The notes under the pieces: model-generated
Told to the model about the DNA's origin: nothing
Databases searched by the model: none
The model's input: only the letters and a program-made list of their open reading frames with translations
Position numbers and translations under genes: made by a program
DNA from: the human T2T-CHM13v2.0 reference genome, Homo sapiens
Reading direction: 5' to 3' (one strand)
Length of the DNA stretch: 64,000 bases
Assembly (NCBI RefSeq): GCF_009914755.1
Contig: NC_060930.1
In this document: in pieces, positions 40,001-54,619 of the stretch
Position numbering within the stretch: position 1 is the stretch's first letter
How the letters are laid out: each line of letters opens with the position of its first letter

Positions 40001-40495
40001 TCTTCATGAATGGCCTCTATAACAATTTTGTATGCCAGAATATTGCCTTTGGCAAAAATCTCATAGTAAAACTTGATTCAGCCATGAGGATATTATGCCT
40101 TTTGGATCTAGAGCTCTCTGTATGGTGAAAGCTATTTTTCTTTTATCTGAAAAAGCCGCTTATTGTTACAGCTATGGCCTTCAGAGTATAACTTCCTTTG
40201 TATACATTTTTCAAATCTGACAAGTGCATAAAGGTATGTGGTGATTATAAACTGACTGTAAGCAAAGAAACTGAGCTCAATATTTATTAAAACCACAGGA
40301 TTGATGCTTTCTATGTCACGTTAGCGGGGAAGGAAAGTCTTCATGAAACCAGATATGAAGTATTGCACATCAGCAGCTTATTTTGAAAGAAAATTTGGAG
40401 CAGAAAAGAATGGTCATATTTATTTTTAAAAATGTTCTATCACATTTTCATTTCTCCTTTACAATTTTTGCTGTGTGTGCTGTATGCCTTCATAG

Positions 40496-40530
40496 GATGT
40501 GGCATCCCTAATGTAACAGTAAACTTACAG
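40496..40530 (+). other. Candidate 35-nt exon (cryptic or lncRNA)
   Basis: Long pyrimidine/UG tract ending in catag acceptor; perfect CAG|GTAAGT donor. Confidence 0.35.
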
Positions 40531-41659
40531 GTAAGTCTGAAATAGATGCTATGACAGGGCCAGTGACTTTTTAGAGAATTTGTGAAAGGTGGTGAAGACC
40601 CCAATTAAATAATCTTATTCTATAAGACCCTGACAAATCATTACTGGGCCATAGGGTTAAGTGTTTCTGGACCTTACTAGATTGAAGATGAAGTTTAAGC
40701 CATAAAACAGGCCTTATCTCCTGGACATATAGCTGAACTGAAAGTTTATTAGAGCAAAATACATCCTAGAGAATTACTGCTAGCTCCATTGACCACAAAA
40801 ACACCATGTCATGAGTTTTATAGAATATAGGAGTAGATTAGGATTTTCGAGTAGAACAAGGTATTAATAGACAGGCACTTTGCTTGATCTTTTCTCAGGA
40901 ATTAATAAAAAGTCATTCCTAACCACTGCTCATTTCTGTATAGAATGGGGACACTGCATCCTAGATCAATTAGAAAGGCTTATCAGACATACTCTAACAA
41001 ATTAAATGTCAATGGATTCATTATAATCATTGTTATTACAGAGGCATTATCACACCTCTGTGCAGGTCTCAATCAACTAACTTTGTTGTACCTAGGTTGT
41101 AATGAGAAGGCTGTCCTTACAGAAGTGAGAAAAATTACTGATATTTCTACTCTAATTAATAACATATTCTGGCCACCTGTGGCTGAGAAAAGATATTTTC
41201 CCTTGAGTGCAACAAAAAACAAGAAAATGATATGGTTTGCATTTCATTTTATTGAGTCAGGCATGTTTTTTTTTCATCGTCTTGGCCTATAAGTAAAATG
41301 TCCCCTCATGTAGACATTACAAGCACTGATTTCATTTATTTTTATACATATCTCATACAATATGTTGTATGATCAATTTGAAAAAGAAAACACGAACCAA
41401 CTCACTAATTATAGGCACAGTTTAATCCATGCCTGATCATAAATTTGAAGCCAGGAAGTCAATGCATTATTAATACAAGAGCTATTTTTTTTAGTAAAGG
41501 TATGTATTTGGATTCCATAACAATGGCACAAAACATAGTCAAACTAGAACTTTTTACCTGATTTAAGACAGCAAAAATCTGCTTGTTCTAACACTGACTA
41601 CATAATTGCTGATGCAATTTTAAATTAATAGTTCAAGGTTTTGAGAACATTAAAGTAGA

Positions 41660-44600
41660 ATAAAGAAGCTGCTTAAACAAGAGAAAATCCTTGTGACATA
41701 TAAAAGAACATTCATAAGACTATCAGTGGATTTCTTAGCAGAAACCCTACAGGCCAGGAGAGTAAGATTATATATTCCAAGTGCTGAAAACATTGTCAGC
41801 CAAGAATATTTCACCAGGAAAAGCTGCCCTTCAGGAAAAAAAAGAAATACTTTCCCAGGCAAACAAAAGTTGAGAGATCTTATCATCTCTCGACCTTACA
41901 AGACATACTGAAGGGAAGTATTCAAGGTGAAATGAAAGAATGCTAATTAGCAACATGAAAATATGACAGTATTAAACTCACTGGTAAAGGTAAGGGTATA
42001 GTCAAATCTAAAATATTTATGTTACAGTGGAGGTACACGAATAACTTTTAACTCTTGTATAAAAGTTAAAAAACAAAAGTATTAAAAGTAACTATAGCTA
42101 TAATAAATTGTTAATAGAAACACAGAATGAAAGTCATAAATAGTGACATCAATAACATAAAATGTGTGTCGGGGGAAGAAGTAAAAATGTAGAGTTTTTC
42201 TTTGTGATCAAACTTCGTTGTTATCAGCTTAAAATAGACTGTTATAACTACAAGATCTTTTACGTAAGTCTCATAGTAATAACAAAGAAAAACCTTTAGC
42301 AGATACACAAAAATAAAGAGAAAGGAAGGAAAGCATCTTACTATAAAAATAATCAATCACAAAGAAAGGCAGATCAAAGGAATAGAAGAACTCACTTCAG
42401 CTTTAAGGACAAAGTGAAGTAATCAAAGAAAGATATTCCATGCAAACAGTAACCAAAAGAATGTAGAAGTGGTGGCAATACTTTATATGAGACAAAACAG
42501 ACTTTAAGTCAAAAATTATCACAGGAGACAAAGAAGACCATCAATAAAAATAAAAGTGTAAATTTATTGAGAGATTATAACAATTGTAAATATACATGCA
42601 CCCAACATCTGAGCACCTAACTATATAAAACAAATACTGAACTATATAAAAAAGAACAGAACTGAAGGGATAAATAGACAACAATACACTAATGTTAGGG
42701 GACTCTAATACTGCACTTTCAACAATGGATTTATTATCCAGACAGAAAATCAGTAAGAGAATAGTGAACTGAAACAACTATAGACCAAAATGATCTAACA
42801 GTAATATTCAGAACCTTCCATCCAACAGCAGCAAAATATGTATTTTTCACAATCACACATGTATCATTCTCCAAAATAGGTCATATATTAGACCACAAAA
42901 CAAGTCTTAATAAATTTAAGAAGATTGACATCATATCAGGTATCTTCTTTAATCACAATGGTATGAAATTAGAAACAAGAAGATTAAATGGACCACTATT
43001 GAACAGCCAATAGGTCAGAAAAGAAATCAAAAGGGATATCAAAACGTGTCTTGGGACAAACAAAAATGAAAACACAACATATCCAAACTTATAGGATGCA
43101 GCAAAAGCCATTCTAAAAGGAAAAGTTATCACAGTAAATACCTACATTAAAAAAGAGAAAGATTTGCATATACAACCTAAATTTACACCTCGAGGAACTA
43201 GAAAAGAAGAATAAGACAAGCCCAAAGTTAACAGAGGGGAGGAAATGAATTAGAACAGAAATAAATAAAATAGAGACAAAAAAGTAGGAAAGAGTAATGA
43301 AACGAAGAGTTTTTTTTTTTTTTTGGAAAAATAAAATTAGCAAACCTTTAGCTAGAGTAACTAAGAAAAAAGAAGACTCAAATAAAAATAAATATAAATT
43401 AAAGAGAGAGCATTACAAGTGATACCACAAAAATACAAAAGATCACAATGGACTATGATGAACAAATATACACCAACATATTGGTAAACCAAGAAGAAAG
43501 AGATTTATTCCTAGAGACATCAAATTTATGCTTGCCCTCCTAGAAACATGCAAACTACCAAGACCCAATCATGAAGAAAATAGAAAACTTGAGCCAACCA
43601 ATTATGAGTAAGAAGATTGAATTAGTAATCAAAACCTCTCAACAAAGAAATGTCTAGGACCTGATGGCTTTACTGGTGAATTTTACCAAACATTTAAAGA
43701 AAAATGAACACCAATTCTTCTCAAACTCTTCTAAAAAATTAAAGAGAAAGAAATATTTTCAAACTTATTTTACAAGACCAGTATTACTCTGTTACCAAAG
43801 TCAGACAAGAACCCAAAAAATAGAAAACCACAGGCCAATATACCTGATAAGTGTAAAAATTGTCAACAAAATATTAGCAAACCGAATTCAATAACATATT
43901 TTAAAAATCATTCACTATGAGCAAGATTTTCCCCTGGCATGCAAGGATGCTTCAACATATGCAAATCAATAAATATGATACACCACATTAATGGAATGAT
44001 GATTAAAAATCACATAATCATCTCCATAGATTCAGAAAAGCATTTGCCAAAATCTAACATCCCATCATGATTTAAAAAACTCATTAATTAGGTGTAAAAG
44101 GAACATACCTCAATATAATACAGATCACATATGACAAGCCCACAGCTAACATCATACTCAAGAGTAAAAAGCTGAAAGCTTTTCTTCTAAGATCAAGAAC
44201 AGGGACTGTAAAGACTCCATTAAAACACTGTTAGAACTAGTAAATAAATTCAGTAAATACGTGGATACAAAATCAATATACAAAAATCAATCTCATTTCT
44301 ATACACTAGCAATGAGCTTTCTGAAATAGAAATTAATAAAACAATCCCTCTTACAATAGCATCAAAAATAATAAAAATACTTAAGAATAAAATTAACCAA
44401 GTATGTGAAAGATCTGTACACTAAAATCTATAAAGCATTATTGAAAGACATTGACAAAGGCAAAAATAAATTAAAAGATATCTACATTAATGTATTAGAA
44501 GAAATAGAAGAAAGTTTTCACAGAAATAGAAAAAAAGCAATCCTAAAATTTATATGGAAGCACAAATGACCCTGAAAAGCTAAATCAATCTTGTAAAGGA

Positions 44601-45050
44601 AAAACAAAGCTGTTAACAAAACATTTTAACATATATGTTTTGGAATATAATAGAATATAGACTATAATAGAATGTTGATTGCCAGGGGCTGATGGGAGGG
44701 TGAAGTGGGGAGGTGGTGGTCAAAGGATACAAAGTTTCATTTTGCAAGTTATGTTCTGAAGGTCTACTGTACAACATAGTGCCTATAGCTAACAACACTG
44801 TATTCTTATATTTAAAAATTTCTAAGAGGATAGATCTTATAATAATAATAACAACAATAAATGATGATGATGATGATGATAATAATAATATAGAGGCCAG
44901 AAGAAACTTTGGGAAGTGACAAATATATATCTATGGCCTTAATGGTGGTGATGGTTTTATGGGTTTATACTTATCCTCAACTCATTGAGCTGTATACATT
45001 GAATATGTGCAGATTTTTACATGTCAATCATACCTCAATAAATTATCTTA
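41660..45050 (+). mobile_element. L1MA9/10-L1MB-like element: ORF1 3' part, ORF2 EN and RT remnants with internal deletions, 3'UTR
   Basis: gatttcttagcagaaaccctacaggccaggagag (ORF1); aaacagactttaagtcaaaaa (EN); ggacctgatggctttactggtgaatttt (RT); catacctcaataaa (3' end); many frameshifts. Confidence 0.93.
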
Positions 45051-45334
45051 AAGAAGTTGCTTAATATTTATTTCACATTTTTTAAATGCTTTACAAAACA
45101 TACATTATACAAGTAGTCACAACTTACAAAAGGGTTGTATTTCTACATTTGGATAAAGGGCTTTTGGAGACTTTTTCTACAAAGCATTCTCAACCATGTG
45201 TCTAGGTTTCCAGCCTCTTCCACAGCAGTTGCTTTAATGTAGCTGAGCTTTAACACAAATAATATTTTCAAACGAACTCATATTTAGTACATAATTCTTA
45301 TGGTCAAATTGTGAAATATGTTTACAGTTGAAAC

Positions 45335-45720
45335 TCAGGCTGCTGTGGCCTGATGATACTGTGATGGACCCAGATTCTTACTCTCTCACCACTCTGCCAT
45401 TCTTGGCATGACAGTTTTGTCCATTGGTCAATTCCTCTCATAGTCACAAGATTGCTACCAGAAACAACTCAGCAAAATGCTTCTTTGATCATATACACTG
45501 GAACACAGGGAAACTCTCCCTCGATGAAATAATATAATTTCCTCCATTCGGTTTCACAGGGCAAACTTGGATCATGTGCTCATCTTCAAACTAATAATAG
45601 TTGTTAGGGAATTGCCTTAAATTAATGAGAAAATAACCCTAAGAGTCATGATAGAGGTATAAAAAAGAGGAGTTAATATAAGGAAAAAGGAGGACAGCAA
45701 TGCATTCTGGGTATCAGGCT
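45335..45720 (-). mobile_element. Old MLT1 (K/L-like) LTR
   Basis: ggacccagattctt...ctctgccattcttggcatg...ctcatagtcacaagattgct. Confidence 0.6.
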
Positions 45721-46697
45721 ACAAAGAGATTTGGGGACAGCAGTGGAGACAATAAAAACAGATGAGCAAAGGGTGAATGGTGGCAACGGTTCAATGAATA
45801 AACTGTCTATAAATTATCTATTGATCATTTAATGGATATTCATAATATTCACACAAAATATGTACAGAAGGTTGCATTTCTAGAAATTATTGCAATGCAT
45901 TGGAGAACTTTCCCAAGAAATCAGACAAGAATTAGCATAAAGCTCCGTCACATTCATTCTTTTTTTTTTAAACCCTCCTTTAAAAACTATTTGGCAGCTT
46001 ATTATTAGGGTAAATTCTTTAAATAAAAATCTTGGTCTGCTGTATACAAGGCATCTTTTTTTGAAAACCGCCAGCATCTACAGAACACGTGTTCCAAAAT
46101 AATATAATGCTCTTGCACTATATCTAGCTTTAGTGTCATCATCATAGATTAGATTTGAAGACAAAATTGGTGGCTACAGCCCATGCTAGGCATTGAATCC
46201 CTGTATTTAAAAAATGCTTAAATACTTTTAAATTAAAAGTTCTTGTTAGGGATTGGTTAGTTTGGCTTCCCAGCCTAAAGAAGCTTTGGATTTCTGCTGA
46301 GAAAACAACAGAAGAATCAATGAACAAGAATTGTGAAGCTTCCAATAAAATGGTTAACATTTCACATTTTGATCCAAAATATACATTTTTTTTTAAATTA
46401 CCCTACAGAATGCTTGAAGTAACCATCTGGCATATCAAGGCATCATTTTTAAAGATTTTTTTTATTTTGCTATCAACTTTACTATAAGTTTTAATTCTGT
46501 GTTGTATAAACATTTTGCACAATTAAAGTAACAGTAGAAAAGAGCAACATTCTCATTCTCCATACTTTAGCAATTTTCAACCCTAACCCATTCAAGCACA
46601 GAAGAGGATCCATGTAATCAAAGTGTGTCATTTAGCAACCTTTTTGTTTTTATAAAAAAGGGTTTATCATCATGGTCTTTAAAAAATTAGGAATTTC

Positions 46698-47030
46698 AGT
46701 TGAACGCAGTGGCTCACACTTGTGACACCAGCACTTTGGGAGGCGGGCAGATCACTTGAGGTCAGGAGTTCAAGACCAGCCTGGCCAAAATGGAGAAACC
46801 CTGTCTCTACTAAAAATACAAAAATTAGCCCAGCATGGTGGTGCATGGCTGTACTCCCAGCTACTCAGGAGACTGAGAAAGAAGAATTGCTTGAACCCAG
46901 GAGGCAGAAATTGCAGTCAGCTGAGATCACACCACCGCACTCCAGCCTGGGCCACAGAGTGAGACTCCATCTCAAAAAAAAACACAAAAAACAAAAAACA
47001 AAACAAAACAAAAAACCCAAAACCAAAAAA
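46698..47030 (+). mobile_element. AluSz/Sx
   Basis: Full dimer, gatcacttgaggtcaggagttcaagaccagcctggcc, A/C-rich tail. Confidence 0.96.
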
Positions 47031-47979
47031 CCCAGAAATTTTATTTTAACACTGTTTAATTTTCTAAAAATCTACATGTAAAAGTATTGGTATGCAAGTA
47101 AGTACTCATTTGCATTATGTTACAAGTATAATTATACAAGGCTGTCAGGTAAAAACGGTAGAACACAAACATCTCCTTAATCTGTAGATCAATGCCACAA
47201 ATTCAACTATAAAATCATGGGCCAATTTTACTATACCTAATGTCATTTCTAATCAATTTCACTTTTTTGCAGCAGCAAAAAAGATGGAAACAGTAGTTTG
47301 TATGATAGTCTCTAACAGAATGCTTCCATGACCAAATTCAATTTTATTCAAGGTGGCTGTATACATATTTCCTCTAAACGCTACTTTTGATAGGATAATA
47401 ATAAAGTGATGAAAACGATCAATGTAAAAAACCATTACAGAAACCATTTTGGTACTTTGAACTGAAGCTTTTTTTTCCTGAAAGTCCTCTGTCACTCAGC
47501 TGCATCATCTATTATTTTTCACTAATTATTAGCTGTTTACGAATATGACAGCTACTGTACATAGCTGAAGAAATACAGCCTAGAAGGATTACGTCTTTCT
47601 AGTATTTTAATATGCAGGTCAAATTAATTCCAAAAGTGAGTTTCATCAGAGTGGTTCATTGCTTAGCTTTTATGAGGCTGCAGTAATGTCAATTTGAACT
47701 CCAAAATGCAACTAGTTTGCCAGCCAATTATTTATATCCTAATAAAAAATGCTACCACAATTAATCTGGGATTGTTTTTTCTGATAAATGGACAACTTAT
47801 GACTTTTCAATTTATATATTTTCTCATTAGAACATTTCTGTCAATTTGTGATTTGGTGGCAAAAATAATAAATTAGCATTGTACATAATAAAAAATCACT
47901 TATTTTAGAAAAAAGTAGAAAATCAAAAATATCTGTACTTCAAGTAAAAAAACAATTCTTTTATTCCATAATAAAGTTT

Positions 47980-48158
47980 TTCAGTAGAACTTTCTCTGAC
48001 GATAAAAATGTTCTATATCTGTTTCTCCATTACACTAGCCACATGTGGTCATTAAACTCTTGAAACGTAACTAGTTCAAATAAATAAGTAAAATTTTAAT
48101 TTTAGCTAATTTAAATGTTAGAAGCCCCAAGTGGCTAGTGGCCGTATTAGTCACCATC
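47980..48158. mobile_element. MER3 (hAT-Charlie MITE)
   Basis: tagaactttctctgacgataaaaatgttctatatctg...cactagccacatgtgg...gtggctagtggc. Confidence 0.85.
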
Positions 48159-48409
48159 TACAGCGTATTATGCCACGGATTTCTGCAAGTATTGTTGAAG
48201 TACTGGCAATGTATCTAAGCCTTGGGTAAATATACAAATTTTTTCTTGAATAGACAAAAATGTACTAAAAATGTGATAATCTCTAGAGATACTAATATGT
48301 TTAAGTACTTTATATGTAAAAAGAATTTAATTCACCCGTGCATACATAAATGGCAGATAGCTATAGACGTAGACTATATTTACATATATATATATGTAAG
48401 TGAAAGTGA

Positions 48410-48729
<320 letters not shown>

Positions 48730-50695
48730 CATATATCACATTTTATTGGCCAAGTCAAGTCATATAGACAAGTCTAATATCAGTATAGCTAAGAATATTA
48801 TCTTCAGGAATTACCTGGTAGAGAGCGATCAGGTAATAAAGGGCAGTACATATTTAGACAATAATTATTCTCTATAGATTGATAGGTACATACATACATA
48901 AATATAGATAGATAAATTATATTCACATACGAATATGTATATATACACACACCCACACACATAGATATATGTTATATACAAATACACATATATGTATATA
49001 ACAATATATATTTATATACTTATACATGTTCATAACAAAAGAGATTTGAACTGGTTAAAAATTATACATAAAATTAACAGATTACAAAAATAAAGAATTA
49101 AGAATAGAATAAAAATAAGATGTAATTTAAAAGGAGGGAGTATACAAATATCAAATCATAAGATGTTTTATGGTTGATAGAGTTGGACTGTAAATTGGGT
49201 TCTGAACTTCCTAGTATCCCAAAAGAGGAAATACATAATCAATTTCTACACTTAAACCCACAAACGGATCAATTTCTTAGAGAAACATGGCTTAACTGGA
49301 AGAATTTATGAAAATACCTTGTAATAATGAAAAACCCATTCCTTAACAATTACCTTATAATAAATATATATTATATATATAACATATATAATATATATTA
49401 TAAATATTTAATACTACAGTAAAAGAATAGCCCTAATGCCTCATAGGTGCCCAATACATATTTCTTGAATGAAATATGTCTTGAATGGAAAAAGAAAGGC
49501 AGAAATGTCAAATTCCCTATAGCAGAAAGATAAAAAAGTGACTTAATGTAAGCTAAAGGTGTAACATTAAAGTTGAAAAAAGTAAAAGATCTTTCACAAG
49601 AAGGCAACTATATAAATATGTGTATGCATATCAAGATTTCTAATTGTGTGATTTAATACAAAAATGTTTAGAGTATGTAGAAGAATAAATGAACTACAGG
49701 TGATACAGGTAATCACATGAAAGAAAGAAAGAATTATTGGATCATTTTGTGAAAAAGAAACTGTTTCTTTGTTGGGCAAGTAACACAATCAGAATTATAA
49801 TAAAAGTTTACAAGACTTTTGAGTCCAAAATTGTGTAATTTAAGCCAGTTACTTAGGTAATTGGTGCAGTATTATGCACAATTTATGAACTTACAAAATA
49901 GTTAACCAGCAGAACTCAATGCTAGACATGTCAAGAAGTCTGGAAAGAATTATATTACAAGACAGTCATATTAGATATTCTATTTTGAAATGGCTGTGTA
50001 TTACATACAGAAATTGGTTGTGTTTTCAGAACTCAAGAAGAGTACCTTTATTTTAATTAGTAAAGAAGAGGAGTTTGCTATTTAAGCATAAATTTATACA
50101 GGGGAATGAAGTAATACTTTTAAATAAAGATGCTTGATTATAAGAAAATTGCATATACTAAACTTTTAGAACACAGCACAATGCTCTCAAAAATGTTAAG
50201 CAAATTAATCAATGAATAACACTTATAGGTAAATTTTGAGGTTTGCTCAGTCCATATTCACAAATATGTAGGCTGATGACACCAAAATATACATCTCTGA
50301 CTGTAACCTCTTCCCTAATCACTGGACTCATATAAATTGAATATATTCAACTACCCTCCAAGGGGTGAAGTTGGGTGTTCAAAGGGTATGAATGTTTAAT
50401 TTCAAATTTAATATTTCCAAAACTTAATTATTCACTTCTCCTCAAACATATTTCCACACCAGTCTTCCTCATCGCAGTAAGTGGAAAATTTGTTCTCCCA
50501 GCTGCACATGTTAATAACCTTAGAGTCAACCTTAACACTTTATCTCACATATATTCATCATTGAATTACGTTGACTCTGTCTTCAAACACATCCAGCATG
50601 TAACCACATCTCATCACATCTATCCCTACATCCCTAGTCCAAGTCACCACTCCCTCTTCACAGGATTATTTAAAAGGTTTTTCATATGTTGTTTA

Positions 50696-50850
50696 TTTTC
50701 CTTTTCTTCTTTCTTCCTTCTTTCCTTCCTTCCTTCCCTCCTTTCTTTCCCTCCTTTCCTCATTCCTTCCCTCCTTCCCTCCCTCCCTCCCTCCCTCCCT
50801 CCCTCCTTCCTTCCTTCCTTCCTTCCTCTCTCTCTCTCTTTCTTTCTCTT
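50696..50850. repeat. (CCTT/CCCT/CT)n simple repeat
   Basis: Seen directly. Confidence 0.95.
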
Positions 50851-51451
50851 GATCCCTTTATAATCTCTTGTTCATAGGGTAACCAAAGGGATCATTCTGA
50901 AATGTAAATTAGATTATGTAGCTTCCCAACTGAAAACCCTATGATTTTTACAGTGTCAAGTCTTATGTCTAAGTTTCTCATTCATTTTGAGTCAATATTG
51001 ATGTATAGTGTAAGCTAAGAATCGAATCTCTTTTTTTTTTTTTTGCATGTGGATTTCTAGTTTTCTCAACACTATTTGTTGAACAGATAATTCTTCCTTA
51101 TTATGTATTCTTGTCATCCTTATCAAAGATACGTTGACCATATATGTGTAGATTTACTTTTGGGCTTTGTATTCTGTTCCATTGGGCTATATGTCTGCCT
51201 TTATAACAGAACCATACTGTTTTGATTATTGTAGATTTGTAATATATTTTGAAATCAGGAAATATGTTGCCTCCAGCTTTATTCTTTCTCAATAGTGATT
51301 TGACTATTCATGGCCTTCATGGTTTCATATGACTTTCAGAATTATTTTTTCTATTTCTGTACAAACTTCCATTGAAATTTTGATAGGTATTACATTAAAT
51401 CTGTATTTCATTTTGGGTAGTATGAATATTTTAACAATTTAAAATCTTCCA

Positions 51452-51750
51452 AGCTCAGCATAGTGGCTCCACCTGAAATCTCAGCACTTTGGGAGGCTTG
51501 GGTGGGAGGACTACTTGAGGCTAGGAGTTCAAGAACAGCCAGGGAAACATAGCAATACTCTATCTCTACAAAAAATTAAAAACTAGCCAGGCATGGTGGT
51601 GCATCTCTAGGTACTAGAGTGGCTGAGGCCCGGAGGATGATTTGGGACCAGGAGTTAAAGGTTGCAGTGAACTATGATCATGCCACTGCACTGCATCCTG
51701 TATAACAGAGTGAGACCCTGTCTCTTAAAAGAGAGGGAGAAAAAAAAGAA
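51452..51750 (+). mobile_element. AluJ at the L1 inversion junction
   Basis: Diverged dimer with J diagnostics; TSD-like aaaatcttcca / aaattcttcta. Confidence 0.93.
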
Positions 51751-52220
51751 AATTCTTCTAGACATAAATGTAAGAACTGAAGCTTTAAAACTCCTAGAAT
51801 AAAACATATTAGAAAAGCTTATTGATATTGGTCTTAGCAATTATTTCATGTATATGACACCAAAAGTACAGTCAGCAAAAACAAAAATAAATGGGTCTAT
51901 GTCAAACTAAAAAAGCTTCTGCACAACAAAGGAAACAATTGACAAAATAATAAGACAACCTATAGAATGGGAGAAAATGTTTGCAAATCATATACCTGAT
52001 AAGGGTTAATATCCAAAAAACTGATTAAAAATGGACTAAGGACTTAAGGAGACATTTCTCCCAAGAAAACATACAAGGAAATGCAAATTATGACCACAAT
52101 GAGATAACATCTCACACCTGTCAGGATGGTTATTACCAAAAAATCAAAAGCCAAGTGTTGGCAAGGATGTGAAGAAAAGGGAACATTGGCACACTCTTGG
52201 TGGAAATGCAAAGGTACAGC

Positions 52221-52767
52221 TGAGACAGGCAAGCTGGCAGGCTTCTGATTTTGATGTGGTTTAGAGAAAAAGAAAAAATGCCTCTCACTCAAGCTATAGC
52301 TGACCTAACTTCTAGCTAATCATCAAATAAAGACCCAAGAAGCTATTAATTACAGGTTCCTGCTTTAGGGGGCTAGGGACTTCCCTGGGACTCCACATGT
52401 GAAGATAGACTTGAACTTCAACTCACAGTTACCCCTTCCTCATTTTAATGCTAAAAATCATACCCAGGGGTGGAGATTTAAACTGCATATCTTCCATGCA
52501 ATGTATTAAGAAGTGCATAAGGCCACTGAACAAGCACTAGAGAAACCCCTGCTATACAGGACCTGATGAAACCCTTCCCTATAGAAAGGACCTATAAAAC
52601 TAATGCACATACTACTCTCAGGGAGCAGCCCACCCTTTTCTTTTTGTAGTGCTGACTTCCTTGTGCACAAGTGAAATAAATCTTTCTCTTTCTCTTTGCT
52701 GCTATGTCTAGTGATCTCTCTTTATTTCTATCCTGGGAGATTACAAGAACCCAGAGTGCCAATAGCA
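52221..52767 (+). mobile_element. ERV1-class solo LTR (MER4-group-like; family not certain)
   Basis: TG...CA, 547 bp, exact 4-bp TSD cagc (52217-52220 and 52768-52771), TATAAAA at 52593, AATAAA at 52675. Confidence 0.88.
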
Positions 52768-54619
52768 CAGCCATTATGGAAAACAGTATGGAGACTCTCA
52801 AAAAATTAAAAATAGAACTACCATATGATCCAGCAATCCTACTTCTGAGTTTTTTATCCAAAAGAACTGAAATCGGTATCTCAAATTGATAGGAGCACTT
52901 CTATGTTCGTTGCAGTTGTATTCACAATAATCAAGATGTGGAAACACCCTGAATGTCTACTGATTAATGAATGGATAAAGAAAATGTACGCTATACATAC
53001 AAGGGGATACTATTCAGATTTTTTAAAAAAGAAGGAAATTCTGCAGTATGTGACAACATGTATGAATTGGAAGACATTATGCTAATTGAAATATGCCAGT
53101 TATAGAAAGATAAATATATCACGATTCTATTATATGATGTATCTAAAACTAGGCAAATTCATAGAATCCCAGAAAGGGATGGTGGTTGTCAGGTGGGAAG
53201 ACAGTGAAATGAGGAGTGACAAATTAAGTTTCAGTCAAGGAAGATGAATAAGCTCTAAAGATATTGTATACAATATGGTATCTATATTCAACAATAATAT
53301 ATTGTATAGGTAAAAATTTGTTACAATGATAGATCTCATGTCTTCTTACCAGAACTGAAACAATAACAAATACAAAAATGAATCCTCTGTTGGCATCCTG
53401 TCTTACTCAGAAAAGAAATCTAAAGCGCTTATCATTCCTTATGCACTCTGGCTCTCTGCCAGCTCTCAGATAAAATATACTACCATTCATCTCTATTCCA
53501 GCCATGACAAGAAACTTATTACTTCAAGGTCTTTGCATTGTCAGTCCCCTCCACCTGGAAAGGTTCTTCTCTCAGAAGTAGACATGATTGTCTTGCTCAC
53601 TTCATTCCCTGGCCACTCTAATTAATTAAAATAACTGTCACCATCTCCATTATTTCCTCTACTCAATCTAAACAGTTTTCAATACTCATAATGCACTGAA
53701 AACTATAATTAGCCTATGGAATTGGCATTGACCTTGCTTTAATTTCTCATTTCTATCATCTCCCTTGCATTACCTGCTTTTGCTGCCATTGTTCTAAGTA
53801 TTTCTAGGCTACATACACAGAAGTAATACATTCAGTGTTGTCTACCAAGTTACTACATTTCATAAAAATCAAAGAAAGATTTAATCAGCTGTTTATCTGC
53901 ACTGAAAAAAAAAGATAGATAATTGGAGACCCATACAACCATTATATAAGTATGAAATAATTGGATTGGGGAAATGAAAGGAAAGACAAAGGGAATGCTT
54001 TTAAGTATTCCCTTTGAAAAATTAATCCCAACCAGGGTTTACTCTCTTACCTATTAGCTTGAGACCTAAGAGTTTAAGAAAGAAAAGAATGTGTCTGATT
54101 TCCATGAATAACTTGTACAGGGAAAGGTCAATTTAGAAAGGAAAGGGAAAGCATTATATTTTAATTTAGGTGCACTCACCAATGAATTCTCTATGTGATT
54201 AAAATAGTCTTGATCCTCACTATGCATTTATAGTGCTGTATAACTTACAGAATGCTTTTGTGTGCATTATCTCATTGAATCATCAAAAATCAATATTCGT
54301 GTTGTGGCTATGACTAGATTAACTAACTAACATCATCCCAAACAAAAGTTAATTTTGAATACTCCAAAGAATTGATGGCTGTTTGAGACAGGTGTTTCTG
54401 CCCAACTCTAGACTTCTGCGTAACAAAGTAGGTTATAATTAGAAGTGATTTAAAACAAAAACAAACCAAAAAAAAGGTCTTTGTCCTAGCTTTTCTACTC
54501 TCCTTACTTATCATGATCCATGAAAAAAGTTACCTTATCCACTTGCAAATGATTGAAAATATGTAACTAGAGATAATTTTCTTTATTGTAAACTTCATTT
54601 TCTCTTCATATAAAACTAC

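Larger units (their letters stand above)
50951..53380 (+). mobile_element. 5'-inverted L1MB-like element (minus segment 50951-51451, plus segment 51761-53380)
   Basis: Minus ORF2 remnant KAGGNIFPDFKIYYK...QWNRI is contiguous in L1 coordinates with the plus segment starting gacataaatgtaag. Confidence 0.88.
50270..53660 (+). mobile_element. L2 host element (50270-50950 and 53385-53660) interrupted by an L1
   Basis: L2 motifs gctgatgacaccaaaatatacatct...aaatgtaaattagattatgt resume after the L1 as tactcagaaaagaaatctaaag...caaggtctttgca. Confidence 0.75.

Noticed and set aside
49363-49399. 16-bp AT inverted repeat with a 5-nt loop
   Set aside because: Low-complexity TA sequence where such symmetry is expected.
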